This document shows, one piece after another, positions 16,702 through 27,831 of a DNA stretch of 64,000 nt. The position numbers and the translations under genes were made by a program. Below the pieces are notes generated by a model. It was given only the letters and a program-made list of their open reading frames with translations. It did not search any database and was not told the DNA's origin. The number at the start of each line of letters is the position of its first letter. The first letter of the stretch is position 1. Origin of the DNA: a virus; IMG/VR virus record IMGVR_UViG_3300046796_000243, positions 4,373 to 68,372 of that record. One strand, written 5' to 3'.

Positions 16702-17718
16702 ATGCCTATTGGTACTTCTGCCTATCCCGTCGCAACGTCGGTATCATCGACGCCGCTTACGCCTACGGGTTCTACGCCCAATACCCTCGTCAATACCGGT
16801 TTTATCCCGGAAATCTGGTCCGCCAAGCTGGTCGAGAAGTTCTATGCCTCGACGGTGCTGCAGGCGATCAGCAACACCGACTATGAGGGCGAAATCCAGA
16901 ACATGGGCGACCGTGTCAAGATTCGCACCAAGCCCACCATCACCATCAAGGACTACCAGGCCGACGGCCTGCTTGGCCTCGATCGTCCGTCCGGCGGCAA
17001 CATCGAGCTGTACATCAATATTGGCAAGTACTTCAGCCTGATCCTCGACGACGTCATGGAGATCCAGTCGGATCTCAATCTCCTGAGCATGTGGTCCGAC
17101 GATGCGGCCCAGCAGCTCAAGATCGTTGTCGACCGCGACGTTCTCGGTGGCATCACCGTCCAGGCGCATGCCAAGAACCGCGGTACGACCGCTGGCGTGA
17201 TCTCCAGCGTGTCCGGCACCGCGATCAACCTGGGTGTCAAGTCGACGCCGCTGACGGTGGCGAAGGCGCCCACTGCCGGCCAGGTCGACATTCTCGATGT
17301 GATGCTTCGTCTCGGCCAGGCGCTGGACGAGCAGAATATCCCGGAGGAAGGTCGCTGGCTTGTGATGTCCGCGGCTGCGGGCCGTTACCTCAAGCAGAGC
17401 GAGCTGCGCCAGGCCTACCTGTCCGGCGATCCCGTCTCGATGCTGCGCAACGGCCGTCTCGGCATGGTGGATCGTTTCACGATCTACATCTCCAACCTGC
17501 TGCCCGGCTCGACAACGGATGCGACCAACTTCGCAGCCAGCGAGCAGCCGGTGTTCGCGGGTCATGCCCATGCGCTGACGTTCGCTTCGCAGATCAGCAA
17601 GGTCGAAACCATGCGCTCCGAACTGACCTTTGGTCAGATTCTGCGCGGGCTGCAGGTCTACGGTTATCAGATCCTCGACCCGACGGCGTTGGCCCAGGCC
17701 CAGATCATCCTGGCTTAA
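16702..17718 (+). CDS. major capsid protein (P22 coat-like, HK97 fold)
   Basis: FIPEIWS.KL...NTDYEGEI...GDRVKI, LDEQNIPEEGRW, RGLQVYG. Confidence 0.93.
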   Translation: MPIGTSAYPVATSVSSTPLTPTGSTPNTLVNTGFIPEIWSAKLVEKFYASTVLQAISNTDYEGEIQNMGDRVKIRTKPTITIKDYQADGLLGLDRPSGGNIELYINIGKYFSLILDDVMEIQSDLNLLSMWSDDAAQQLKIVVDRDVLGGITVQAHAKNRGTTAGVISSVSGTAINLGVKSTPLTVAKAPTAGQVDILDVMLRLGQALDEQNIPEEGRWLVMSAAAGRYLKQSELRQAYLSGDPVSMLRNGRLGMVDRFTIYISNLLPGSTTDATNFAASEQPVFAGHAHALTFASQISKVETMRSELTFGQILRGLQVYGYQILDPTALAQAQIILA

Positions 17719-17770
17719 CTATTCCTTAAGAAACGACCCCTAAGCTCGCTCCAACGAGCGAGGTTAGGGG
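17715..17770 (+). promoter_or_regulatory. CtrA-type box, -10-like element and RBS-occluding hairpin
   Basis: TTAA-CTATTCC-TTAA, 11 nt, TAAGCT; CCCCTAAGCTCGCTC/GAGCGAGGTTAGGGG stem abutting ATG. Confidence 0.72.
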
Positions 17771-18220
17771 ATGGCCACTTCTGCCAGTTACCACGGCAAT
17801 TTCAGCGACATGGACCAGCCCACGCTCAACACCGTGGCTGACTACATGGCTGACGCCAGGGTGCAGCTGCAGGATATCATTCCAGACTTTCGCTACAACG
17901 AGGCCTCCATGCTGACGGCATTGAACGTGGCGCTGCTGGAGGCGCGTCGGATCAAGCCGGAGCTGTTCGTCTACAACTGGGAAGTCGGCGGCCAGGTTCA
18001 GTCGTTCACAGAGGTTGATGACACCTATGTCGACATCGAACCGCAATTTCGGCTTGCGATCCTGCACGGGCTTATTGGCCACGCGCTCGAACGCGATCAG
18101 GAAGATGTACAGGACACACGCGCGACGGCGTTTCTGGCGCTGTTTACGCAAGGGCTGGTTGGCAAGGCACTTGGTGCTGTGGTCGGTGGTTCAGCCCCGA
18201 AGGGCAAGGGTGGTGGCTGA
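17771..18220 (+). CDS. head-tail adaptor-like protein
   Basis: Position after MCP; ARVQLQD...RY...ML.ALN pattern. Confidence 0.65.
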   Translation: MATSASYHGNFSDMDQPTLNTVADYMADARVQLQDIIPDFRYNEASMLTALNVALLEARRIKPELFVYNWEVGGQVQSFTEVDDTYVDIEPQFRLAILHGLIGHALERDQEDVQDTRATAFLALFTQGLVGKALGAVVGGSAPKGKGGG

Positions 18221-18867
18221 TGGCCAAGAAGAACGAGTTCAACGCCTATTGGGGCAAGCTGATCGGATCGGCCAAGGTATATCTGATGGGCGCCTCAGAG
18301 AAACAGCTGCGCGTGGCGCTGTTCGACGTCCTCAATGATTTCTTCGATGGTTCTAACTGCTGGAATGAGAACATCCGGTTCACCGCCATCCCGGATACGC
18401 TCGATTATCCGCTCCAGGTGACCAAGGGGCGGATCCTGCGGCTGGAGTGCGTGTACGACCAGCACGGCACGGTGCAGGCGGCGGTCATGCCGGACATCAG
18501 CACGGTGCATTTTCTCTATCCTTACACCCAGACCCAGCCGATGACGGCGGTCGTGGTCAAGACGGTTACCGATCCGCTGGACTGTTTTCCGCCCAACATC
18601 CCGGACTGGATCCTTCCCAAGCACGGATTGATAATCCTGCACGGCCTGATCGGCAGCATGATGATGCTGCCGGCGCAGAGCTACACCAACCCGGAGATGG
18701 CCAAGTTCTATCTGGGCAAGTTCTACGATGGTATCTCCGCTGCGTTCGTGTCGCACTCCAAGGCCAACACCGTTGGTGTGCAGCCCTGGATTTTCCCGCA
18801 GAGCCACCGGTCGTCCAGCCAGCGCGGCGGAATCTCGACCTACAATGTCCATCCGCAGCCGAGGTAG
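18220..18867 (+). CDS. head-tail connector / tail tubular A-like protein
   Basis: Position and helical-beta-helical pattern. Confidence 0.6.
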   Translation: MAKKNEFNAYWGKLIGSAKVYLMGASEKQLRVALFDVLNDFFDGSNCWNENIRFTAIPDTLDYPLQVTKGRILRLECVYDQHGTVQAAVMPDISTVHFLYPYTQTQPMTAVVVKTVTDPLDCFPPNIPDWILPKHGLIILHGLIGSMMMLPAQSYTNPEMAKFYLGKFYDGISAAFVSHSKANTVGVQPWIFPQSHRSSSQRGGISTYNVHPQPR

Positions 18868-18869
18868 CC

Positions 18870-19262
18870 ATGGCCGTTGAATGGTTCGGGCACAGTGTTA
18901 CGTCGGCGCACACCAATCTTGCGATCGACAATAACGGCACCTGGTCCGACGCCTATCAGTTCGGTGAGGAAGATGATTTCACCTGGACACTGGACAACAT
19001 GACGTTCGAGCTGGACGTCCAGCGCAATCCTTACGATCTGGTGCCGCTGTTGTCGTTGTCCTCGTCCAACGGCCGCATCATCACCGCCGACACGGTGCAG
19101 CGGGTGATTTACTTCAATGTTCCTCCTGACGACATCCAGGCCGCGCTGTCACCCGGCACTTACGTCTACGACCTGGTGATGGTCGACGGACTGACCGCGG
19201 TTCGAACGCCATTGATGCACGGGACGCTTGAGGTGGCGCAGGGCGTCACCTACCCCCCATAA
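18870..19262 (+). CDS. BppU-like fibre adaptor protein
   Basis: GTYVYDL...LMHGTLEVAQGVT C-terminal motif. Confidence 0.65.
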   Translation: MAVEWFGHSVTSAHTNLAIDNNGTWSDAYQFGEEDDFTWTLDNMTFELDVQRNPYDLVPLLSLSSSNGRIITADTVQRVIYFNVPPDDIQAALSPGTYVYDLVMVDGLTAVRTPLMHGTLEVAQGVTYPP

Positions 19263-19274
19263 CGGGGGAACCCC

Positions 19275-20618
19275 ATGCCCATTGAAGACAACGAACCCGC
19301 CAGGATAAGAGCGCAGCCGGTCGTTGTCGTTCGCGAAGGCGTGGTTGTCGAAGGCCACACCGGTCCGACCGGGCAGGAAGGCCCGTCGGGGATCACCGGG
19401 CCGACCGGACGCGGGGCGTTCACCGGCGCCACCGGACCTACCGGCCTGCAGGGCGCGGGTGCGTTCACCGGCCCGACCGGCTCTACCGGATTGACCGGTC
19501 CGCCAGGGATGGGAATCCCCGGCCCGACGGGATGGACCGGGCCATCCGGGCCGCTTGGACCTCTCGGCACCGGGCCGACCGGGCCGCAAGGGCCGGACGG
19601 GTTTGCCTCCACCACGGGCGCCACCGGACCGACGGGGCGGGTAGGCCAGACCGGCCCGCAGGGGATCCCAGGGACCGCGACCCTTACCGGTGCCACGGGT
19701 GCGTCCGGGCCGTTCGGCCCGACCGGCGCTACCGGCATGACCGGCCCGCAGGGGCTGGCGACTAACACCGGTGCTACCGGGCCGACCGGCATGACGGGAC
19801 CGCTGGGCGTGACCGGACCGCGTGGTGTGATCGGCGATGCCGTCAACACCGGGGCTACCGGGCCGACGGGGGCAGGCGGGTTGGGTCCGACTGGACCGGC
19901 GTCGACCGTGACGGGGCCGACAGGCGCTGGGGGATCTGCTGGATCCGTGGGATCTGCCGGCGCAACCGGCCCGACTGGTTCGGCGTCGACCGTGACGGGT
20001 CCGACCGGGCCGTCGGGATCTGGCGGTGGTGGCGGCGTCGGTGGGGCGATCATCAGCGATACGCCACCGACAGGTCCGACCGGCGGGCAGTTTTGGTGGG
20101 AGAGCGACACCGGGCAATTATTCCTCTGGTACCCGGATGGCACGTCGAGCCAATGGGTAAGCGCGTGGCTGGGTGGGTTGACCGGTCCGACGGGGATGAC
20201 GGGGGCGTCCGGCGTCGTGGGCGCCACCGGCGCAACCGGTCCTGCCAGCAATTCCGCGATTGTCGCGATCATCGATGGCGGCGGGGCGACGATAACCACG
20301 GGGATGAAGGGCAACATCACGGTGCCGTTCCCCTGCACCCTCACTCAGGTGGACATGATTGCCGACCAGTCCGGCAGCATTGTCGTCAACGTGTGGAAAT
20401 GCACCTACGCGCAGTTCGATGCCGGGCTTACGCATCCGGTGGTTGGCGACAAGATCACGGCCTCGCTGCCGCCGACGATATCGTCATCCTACAAATCCAC
20501 AAACAGCACGCTTACTGGCTGGACCACATCGATCGCTTCGGGGGACGTCCTCGCGTTCAACGTCGACAGTGCCGCCTCGATCCAGCGTGTAAATCTCACG
20601 CTCAGATATACAAGGTGA
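19275..20618 (+). CDS. collagen-like fibre protein 1 (GPT repeats)
   Basis: Long G-X-T triplet runs, WWESDTGQL module, C-terminal beta domain. Confidence 0.85.
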   Translation: MPIEDNEPARIRAQPVVVVREGVVVEGHTGPTGQEGPSGITGPTGRGAFTGATGPTGLQGAGAFTGPTGSTGLTGPPGMGIPGPTGWTGPSGPLGPLGTGPTGPQGPDGFASTTGATGPTGRVGQTGPQGIPGTATLTGATGASGPFGPTGATGMTGPQGLATNTGATGPTGMTGPLGVTGPRGVIGDAVNTGATGPTGAGGLGPTGPASTVTGPTGAGGSAGSVGSAGATGPTGSASTVTGPTGPSGSGGGGGVGGAIISDTPPTGPTGGQFWWESDTGQLFLWYPDGTSSQWVSAWLGGLTGPTGMTGASGVVGATGATGPASNSAIVAIIDGGGATITTGMKGNITVPFPCTLTQVDMIADQSGSIVVNVWKCTYAQFDAGLTHPVVGDKITASLPPTISSSYKSTNSTLTGWTTSIASGDVLAFNVDSAASIQRVNLTLRYTR

Positions 20619-20621
20619 TGC

Positions 20622-23600
20622 ATGGCGACACTGGTCTGCAACAACAACGGAAACATGACTGGAGCAAGTACGTTCGCGGCCATCGACATGGCGACGGGTG
20701 CTGCGAATTTAATGATCCGAAACGACTTCAATACTATGACCGGCACTGGCACGTTTACTTCTGGAACCTTCACCATTACGAACGGTGCTGTGATCGATGG
20801 CGTGTTCATGTGGCTGGGGTGCGACATACGCGATGGCACCCCCACAGGCACGTTTACTCTGCAGTTCAAAAAGGGCGGCGTGGTGCAGGGCACGCCTGTT
20901 ACCATTAACAAGGCTGATCTGCCGCAGTTTTATATCCAGTACACACCACAACCTGTCTTTTTCAAATACGGTTCAAACATCACCGGGGATGGTGCGTCTG
21001 ACTGGACGCTGGCACTTGTCGCAAGCACTTCTTTCACTGTTTTCTACAATTCCGCGCCTGGTGGCAGCAGTTTCTGGACACGCTACTTGCGAACCACCAC
21101 TGCTGCCACGCCGGCCGCGGGTGACAATCTTCTCATTGCTGGAGAATATACAGCTGCAGGTGCGCGAACTGCCCGCACGGTGACGATGGACAGTACGGCA
21201 ACCACGGTCTGGGGCAATGGCACGGTCAAATCAAATTCGGTGGACGGAGGTCTGATCGCTGTCGGTGCTGGAGGTACATTGGCTTTCGCCAACAGCGCCA
21301 GCACGAATTACAAGTTGTGTCTCGCCGGGGATCTGTGGGTTGGCTGGGGCGGTCTGTTGACGATGGGGTCGAGTGGCGCGGAGATCCCGCGCGATTCGAG
21401 CGCCTTACTGGAATTCCAGCCGGTGACCGGAGACGGTAATTTTGGTTTGCAGTGCTGGGATTTTGGTCGGGTAGACACCGGCGGTTTGTCGCGTACCAGC
21501 GGCAAAAATGTCTGGCGATGCAAGCTGACCGCCGATGTGGTGGGTGCTAACACGCTCAATGGCGGCTCCAACACCAACGTCACCAACAATGGCGCGGGAT
21601 CTAACCTGGACGCCACGGCCACCTCGTTTGTCGCGTCGAATATTGTCGACACCACGACCAACGCCACCCACAGCCTTGGGCTTTCCGGGCCGTCCGTGAC
21701 CAACACGACCCAGGTTGTGACGCTGTGGATCGCGCGGGGCACCGGCACCAACAACCGCTATGCGCGGCTTACTCTCGGCAACAATGGTAACCAGGCCAGC
21801 GTCACCAACGGCTGCTATACCGATCTCGATCTGCAGGCCGGGACTGCCAGCGCCCCAACCGCGGTGGGTACGGGTACGGCGACTAGCGTTACCATCACGC
21901 CCTATGGCATCGGTTATATCGTCAGGCTGACCGGCAGGGTTGCCACGACGGCCAGCACGCCCTGGGTGCTACTGAACATCTGCAACGCGCCCGGCGGCAT
22001 GAGCTTTGCCGGCGCCAACAACATTGCCTTCTACTACGACCGTTTGGCGCTTGTCACCGCATCTTCTCTTGGGGACACCACTTTCAACGTGGACACCGAC
22101 ACCGGTTGGCTGACCGGCGATGTCGTTTGCGTGTCGTCTACGACCCGTTCGTGGGGCGACAACGAGCTTTATTCGCTCAATGCCAACGCAGGCGCGAGTT
22201 CGTTCACCAGTCCGCTATATCCTTTCGGCTTCACCTATGCGGCGACCCACCATGGCACCGCACCGGCGCAGGCCGACATCGGGCTGCTGACCCGCAACGT
22301 CAAGATCAAGTCCAACAGGGCGGACTGGATGACGTTCGTCTACTTCGCACCGTTTGCGACGTGCAACCTATACTGGACCGAATTTGCCTACACCGGGACT
22401 AACACGGATCGAAAGCGCGGCATCGATTTCGAGAGCACCAACAGCCCGTATGTTGCAAATCCGAAGGTGATCAGTAACTGCTCGATCCATGACGGCGAGT
22501 ATTACGCTGTCCAGGTCAGCAGCTTTGGCACCAACAGTGTGAACGCATCGGTTTTGAACTGCGTGACCTGGCGTCACAACAACATGATCCAGGTGTCTTC
22601 CGTACTGACCCTGACTGACTGGACGATCAGCGGCAATCTGCTCATGCAGTCCACGTTCAACAATGCTGCCTTGGCTTTTTTCGATATAGGCGGGACTTGT
22701 ACCAACAACACCGTGTGCGGGATGCAGAGTTGGGGGATGTATTTTTCTGAAAGCAACGGTGCTGCTTTCGGTACTTTCAGTGGCAACACGGTCCATTCTT
22801 GCGGCGGTGGGCTGACGTTCAACTATCCGGCGATAGGTACGTTCGCTAATTACACTGCGTGGCGAAACAACAACGCCGGCATCAATGCGCTTGGCGATAT
22901 TTCGGGGCTTGTATGGGATGGTTTGACCCTGTTCGGGAACGCCACTTACAATATTTATGTGGATGATGCGTCGACACTGAACATCACCGGGTCGAGCATC
23001 ATCTCCAGCGACCCGCTGTCCACCACGACAACGGGCATCTATTGCTACTATGAAGGCGTTTACCCCTTCAACATGCAGAATGTGGATATGTCGGGTGTCG
23101 GCACTGGGCTGACGCCGCATACCAATGACTTCCATTTCAATCTCGCCTCCGGCAGGTACGGGTTTGTTACGCCGATGGGGGTGGCGGTAAATTGTAAATT
23201 TGGCGCGGTTAACCTGTTCTCGACAGCAAGCCGGGACCGGTGGACGAAATCGTCTTATTTCGGTTTCAAGAGTTTCAACCAGATCTCTACCGACGATCGT
23301 CTGGAGATGAAATATGGGCAGCTGAAGACCGACACGTCGATCTTCAACACCGCCTCGCCATCCATGAGGATGACGCCGAACAGCACATCCAGCGCGATCA
23401 ACAGGCTGGAGAGCGCGCCCAGGCGCGAGGGCATCAAGGTTCCCGTCAATAGCGGCAGCGCGATCGGGGCTACCCTGGCCATCCGCAAGGACGCCACCTA
23501 TACGACGGGTACCCAGCCCCGGCTGATCGTTCGCGCCAACCCTGCCGTCGGCATCAACGCCGACACGGTACTGGCATCGTGTACCGACACGCTGTCACCA

Positions 23601-24551
23601 GCCGGGTGGACCCCCGCCAGTCTCACGGGGATTCTCAGCTGGTGGGATGCGAGCGTGTTCGCCAGCATGACGTTTTCTGGTTCGACCATCCTCACCGTTG
23701 CCGATCAAGGCCCAAGCGGCAAGACGCTTGGGCAGAACGGTGCGATTGCTAGACCGACCTACAACGCTACGGGGTTTAATGGTTTGCCGGCGATGATGTT
23801 CGCGGCAAATCCGGGACAGGTGCTTTGCGCCGATACCTTCCCGATGGGCACCGGCAACACCATGACGATATGGATGGTGGGCTACTACACGTCGAACAGT
23901 ATAAATTACGCCCGGCTGCTGTCGTACACGTCGTCTTCGGGGCACGATTACAACAGCGTTGGTTCGTGGTGTCTGGATCGTGTGGGCGTCACCACCACGG
24001 TCCAGATGGAGCGCAACGCACAGCTTGCTGGTGGAACGATCCTTTATTCGACCCCGGTTCGGATCATCGTCACCGTCACTGCTGCCGGCCTCATTACGGT
24101 CTACGTTAATGGCACGGCGCTGAACTCAGGAACGTCGAGCGGCAACTGGATCACCAACGGTTCGTTTGTGCTTGGCTGCGGTAAGTTTGAAACTAATTAC
24201 ATGGATGGTGCAATCGGTGAGGCTGGCGTTGCGACCGGTCTTGCTAGCGCCGCCGACATAGCGAAGCTCGACAACTATCTCGCTGGCAAGTGGGGCTTTG
24301 GCTACAGCCTGGGCACCGCGACCTGGGCGCCGCTTTCGGGCACCACAATAGCCGCCACCGCCGACGGCGTGATGGAATTCATCGTCGATTGCAGTGGCCC
24401 AGGCTTCATCAATATCGAGGATTGGTCATTCACCGGCGCGGCGACGACTTCGGGCGGACTGAAAAACTGGTTCAACGGCCTGCCGATCGTAAGCGCCGGG
24501 TCTGGCGGCGGTGGCGGCGGGGCGGGGTATTTCGCGGGAGGGTTCGTATGA
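20622..24551 (+). CDS. large tail spike/fibre (beta-helix plus LamG-like domain)
   Basis: 1309 aa, T/G/N-rich; parallel beta-helix-like repeats; WWDAS...YVNG...YMDGAIGE LamG pattern. Confidence 0.75.
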   Translation: MATLVCNNNGNMTGASTFAAIDMATGAANLMIRNDFNTMTGTGTFTSGTFTITNGAVIDGVFMWLGCDIRDGTPTGTFTLQFKKGGVVQGTPVTINKADLPQFYIQYTPQPVFFKYGSNITGDGASDWTLALVASTSFTVFYNSAPGGSSFWTRYLRTTTAATPAAGDNLLIAGEYTAAGARTARTVTMDSTATTVWGNGTVKSNSVDGGLIAVGAGGTLAFANSASTNYKLCLAGDLWVGWGGLLTMGSSGAEIPRDSSALLEFQPVTGDGNFGLQCWDFGRVDTGGLSRTSGKNVWRCKLTADVVGANTLNGGSNTNVTNNGAGSNLDATATSFVASNIVDTTTNATHSLGLSGPSVTNTTQVVTLWIARGTGTNNRYARLTLGNNGNQASVTNGCYTDLDLQAGTASAPTAVGTGTATSVTITPYGIGYIVRLTGRVATTASTPWVLLNICNAPGGMSFAGANNIAFYYDRLALVTASSLGDTTFNVDTDTGWLTGDVVCVSSTTRSWGDNELYSLNANAGASSFTSPLYPFGFTYAATHHGTAPAQADIGLLTRNVKIKSNRADWMTFVYFAPFATCNLYWTEFAYTGTNTDRKRGIDFESTNSPYVANPKVISNCSIHDGEYYAVQVSSFGTNSVNASVLNCVTWRHNNMIQVSSVLTLTDWTISGNLLMQSTFNNAALAFFDIGGTCTNNTVCGMQSWGMYFSESNGAAFGTFSGNTVHSCGGGLTFNYPAIGTFANYTAWRNNNAGINALGDISGLVWDGLTLFGNATYNIYVDDASTLNITGSSIISSDPLSTTTTGIYCYYEGVYPFNMQNVDMSGVGTGLTPHTNDFHFNLASGRYGFVTPMGVAVNCKFGAVNLFSTASRDRWTKSSYFGFKSFNQISTDDRLEMKYGQLKTDTSIFNTASPSMRMTPNSTSSAINRLESAPRREGIKVPVNSGSAIGATLAIRKDATYTTGTQPRLIVRANPAVGINADTVLASCTDTLSPAGWTPASLTGILSWWDASVFASMTFSGSTILTVADQGPSGKTLGQNGAIARPTYNATGFNGLPAMMFAANPGQVLCADTFPMGTGNTMTIWMVGYYTSNSINYARLLSYTSSSGHDYNSVGSWCLDRVGVTTTVQMERNAQLAGGTILYSTPVRIIVTVTAAGLITVYVNGTALNSGTSSGNWITNGSFVLGCGKFETNYMDGAIGEAGVATGLASAADIAKLDNYLAGKWGFGYSLGTATWAPLSGTTIAATADGVMEFIVDCSGPGFINIEDWSFTGAATTSGGLKNWFNGLPIVSAGSGGGGGGAGYFAGGFV

Positions 24552-25348
24552 CAGCCCTCGATTTCCCCACCAGTCCTGCCGTCGGTCAGGTGTACGACAA
24601 ATACAGCTGGGACGGCGAGAAGTGGTTTTCGACGCTTGGCGGCACTCCCGGTGTGCTGTGGCCGCCGCTGGACGGTCTTTCGTCGACGGGGGCGTGGTCG
24701 GCGTCGAGGAAAATACTGGCGGCCTATGGTGGGGCGTATTTCACGCCGTCGGGATCGCCAACCAGGGCCAACCCGGTGCTGGATCAGTCCGGCAACAGCC
24801 GCAACCTGACGCCACCGTCGGGTGGCGGGGCACTCGTTGGCGGCACGTCGCCGGAGACATTTGTCTTTAACGGCAACACGGCTGCAAACACGTTTTTGCA
24901 GAGTGGCGTGTCCACGCTGATTACCACCACGTCGGCGTACATGATCATCTCAGCAAAAATCGCCGCGTGGACCGGCAACGGTGTCACGCTGATGATGTGC
25001 CAGGGGCTGAACTACGGGTTGGGTATCAGCGGAACGGGCAGTCTGGTTTATGCTCTCACCTACCCGTCTTCTGTGTCGATTTCCGGCCTCGCGCTGAACA
25101 CGCCATATGTATTCGAGTATCGCATCGAAGGTGGTGGCGTTTACCTGCGAGTGAACGGCACCGGTGAAGTTTCGGTGTCGGCTTCGACGGGCCAACCCAT
25201 GAGCAATATTAATTTAGGCGGCAGGTGGCTCTCCAACTGCATGGATGGATCGATTTTCGAAGCCGCTACGTTCTCGACGGTTCCGACGCTGGCACAGCGC
25301 AACGCGCTGGTGCAGAACTTTGGCAGGTATGTGGGGGCCAGCGTGTGA
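24548..25348 (+). CDS. fibre protein with LamG-like domain
   Basis: FPTSPAVGQ...WDGEKW N-module; DQSGNSRN...DGSIFE. Confidence 0.7.
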   Translation: MTALDFPTSPAVGQVYDKYSWDGEKWFSTLGGTPGVLWPPLDGLSSTGAWSASRKILAAYGGAYFTPSGSPTRANPVLDQSGNSRNLTPPSGGGALVGGTSPETFVFNGNTAANTFLQSGVSTLITTTSAYMIISAKIAAWTGNGVTLMMCQGLNYGLGISGTGSLVYALTYPSSVSISGLALNTPYVFEYRIEGGGVYLRVNGTGEVSVSASTGQPMSNINLGGRWLSNCMDGSIFEAATFSTVPTLAQRNALVQNFGRYVGASV

Positions 25349-25557
25349 TGGCTTACAATTTTCCAGATTCTCCGAGCTACAATACCACCTTTGGCGCCTA
25401 CAAATGGGATGGCGAGAAGTGGATCCTGGCTGCTGGTGGCATCGGCATGCCGAACCCGCCATCGTCACCGAGAACAGCAATCATAAGTCCTGCATGGACA
25501 GGGTTGGGGGCGTCGATCTTCTACGACAGCGGAGCTGGCGTGACGCGGATCATTTAG
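25348..25557 (+). CDS. short fibre-module protein
   Basis: FPDSP...YKWDGEKW, paralogous to the previous gene's N-terminus. Confidence 0.55.
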   Translation: MAYNFPDSPSYNTTFGAYKWDGEKWILAAGGIGMPNPPSSPRTAIISPAWTGLGASIFYDSGAGVTRII

Positions 25558-25566
25558 GAACAGACC

Positions 25567-27090
25567 ATGGCTGACTGGTATCTCTCGACGGCGGCTCACA
25601 TGGCGATCCCGATCTGGGTAGCCAATACCGCATACACGGTCGGGCAGTTTCTCCGTCCGACGACGCTGTCTTCTTTTCAACAAAACAGAGGCGCGTGGCG
25701 TTGCACGACGGCGGGTACGACAGGGGCGACCGAACCAAATTTTAACGGCTCTCCTGGTCCCAACGATGTGGTCGCTTCAGGTACGGCGAATTTCACCAAC
25801 GTCACCGGGGTGGGGACGTATGGCTGGTCCGCTGCCGCCTACGACATCATGTCGTTGTCTCCGTCCAACTATAATCGTGTGGTTGCGGGGGATCGGGTTT
25901 TCGTATCGAGCGACCACAACGAAGCCTATGTCGGCACGCCACAGCTGCTGTGGGGGACCAACAACGGCTTCGGCAATGCGCGATTCATTTCGGTCAATCG
26001 CGCCGGGTCGGTGCCGCCTGTCGCCGCGGACGAGCTGGCCGGCGCGTACATGTCCACGACCAGCACCCTGACCTACGACAACTGGATCAATGCGTTCTAC
26101 CAGGGCATGACTTTCGAGCATATTGGCGGCAACATCTACTTCGGAGCCAACGGGTCGAAGACAAACTATTTCAAAAATTGCTCGATTTATCCTTCGGTGA
26201 ACGCCGCCACCAAGTTTCTCAACAATGGTGCGTGCGGCTTGGTGCTTGAAAACACCACCCTGCGGTTCGGCAACACCGGGCAGGGATTTGGTATCGGCTC
26301 CTACCCTTGGGATATTACCTGGCTGGACACGCCTTCCGCCATTGCGGGGTCGAACATCCCCACTTCGTTGTTCACGGAAAACAACGGCACCGGGTACAGT
26401 ACCGTCAACCTTCGCGGGGTGGATCTCAGTGCGCTGAACACCACGCTGTTCACGCCCTATCCCAGCGGCATCAATAATTTTTCGAAGATTCTGTTGACCG
26501 ATTGCAAGATAAATTCTGCGGTTGTCCGCTTCGCCACGCCGGGCAATACCGGCAGTCCCAATTCCGAAGTCGAGCTGATCAACTGCCATGACGGCACCAA
26601 CATCATCAACGAGCGGCACAATTGCGCAGGCGCCGTGACGACGGAGCGAACCACGGTCCTGACCGGCGGACCGACCGACGCCCAGGGCGCGTTCAGCCTG
26701 AAGCTGGTGTCGACTACACGTTCGGACATCATCGACCATCCCGTTGCCAGTTTCTGGCTCGATATCGAGAACAGCATCATAGGTGTCTCCCGCACGGCAA
26801 CGGTCGAGATCACTGGAGCCGTGGCGCTCAACACCGACGAGATCAGGATGGCGGTGCAGTATCTCGGCACGGCAGGATCAGCGCGCACGTCCATCGTCGA
26901 CACCTGGCGGGCGATCGTCGCCGTTGCCGCGCATCCAACCTCGTCGGTTACATGGACCAGTGGCGCCGCGACCAAGCAGTATCTGCGCGTGACGTTCACG
27001 CCACAGGTAGCGGGGCGGGTGCGGGCGCGTGTGTATCTCGGCAAGATATCGACTACGGTCTACGTCAATCCACAGATTGCGTTGGCATAG
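25567..27090 (+). CDS. tail fibre/spike-like protein
   Basis: WVANTAYTVG...WRCTTAGTTG..EP CBM-like module, beta-helix-like body. Confidence 0.7.
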   Translation: MADWYLSTAAHMAIPIWVANTAYTVGQFLRPTTLSSFQQNRGAWRCTTAGTTGATEPNFNGSPGPNDVVASGTANFTNVTGVGTYGWSAAAYDIMSLSPSNYNRVVAGDRVFVSSDHNEAYVGTPQLLWGTNNGFGNARFISVNRAGSVPPVAADELAGAYMSTTSTLTYDNWINAFYQGMTFEHIGGNIYFGANGSKTNYFKNCSIYPSVNAATKFLNNGACGLVLENTTLRFGNTGQGFGIGSYPWDITWLDTPSAIAGSNIPTSLFTENNGTGYSTVNLRGVDLSALNTTLFTPYPSGINNFSKILLTDCKINSAVVRFATPGNTGSPNSEVELINCHDGTNIINERHNCAGAVTTERTTVLTGGPTDAQGAFSLKLVSTTRSDIIDHPVASFWLDIENSIIGVSRTATVEITGAVALNTDEIRMAVQYLGTAGSARTSIVDTWRAIVAVAAHPTSSVTWTSGAATKQYLRVTFTPQVAGRVRARVYLGKISTTVYVNPQIALA

Positions 27091-27099
27091 GAGCAAACG

Positions 27100-27831
27100 A
27101 TGGTTGTTCAATCAGGCACACCAGCTCCGATCATGACCAAGCCGGTCGTGGTTGTCGGCGGACCGACGGGTCCGTCAGCCGGACCGCAGGGAGCCACCGG
27201 TTCGCGGGGCGCGACCGGTTACACCGGGCCAACCGGCGCGATGGGTCCGTCTGGCGTTGGCCCGACCGGAAACACCGGTCCGCAGGGTGCCGGCGCCTTC
27301 ACCGGTCCGACCGGCATGACTGGGCCAGTCGGGGCCGGCGCGCCGGGACCGGTGGGGCCGACCGGCGCGGCCGGGAGTGTCGGTTCGGCGGGACCGCCAG
27401 GCAGCAATGCGAGCGGGATCGACAACTACAACGGCTATTTCGCCGCCAGCGTTCCCGGCAACGTCTCCACCACGATCAAGGCGATGGGACTGGCCGCGGC
27501 CATTACGCCCAACGGCTCCGGCAAGCTCTTCGTGCTGTTCTCCGGGATGGTGCAGAACTCCACGGCTGCCGGCAACGGCGCCACCATCAACGTCATCTAC
27601 GGCACCGGTACCGCGCCGGTTAACGGCGCCACCACCTGGACCGGCGGGCAGCTGAGTATCGGACTGAATTTCATCGCTTCCACCACGGCAGGGAAACAGG
27701 GGTTCTGCCTGCATGGCATCGTGTCGCTCACCGTCGGCACGCCGTACTGGTTTGACATCTCGCTCAGTGCCCTGACGGCCGGTGGTGCTACGGTGTTTGA
27801 TGTCCACTACACCATATTCGAGTTGGGCTGA
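27100..27831 (+). CDS. collagen-like fibre protein 2
   Basis: GXT repeats plus C-terminal beta-sandwich. Confidence 0.85.
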   Translation: MVVQSGTPAPIMTKPVVVVGGPTGPSAGPQGATGSRGATGYTGPTGAMGPSGVGPTGNTGPQGAGAFTGPTGMTGPVGAGAPGPVGPTGAAGSVGSAGPPGSNASGIDNYNGYFAASVPGNVSTTIKAMGLAAAITPNGSGKLFVLFSGMVQNSTAAGNGATINVIYGTGTAPVNGATTWTGGQLSIGLNFIASTTAGKQGFCLHGIVSLTVGTPYWFDISLSALTAGGATVFDVHYTIFELG

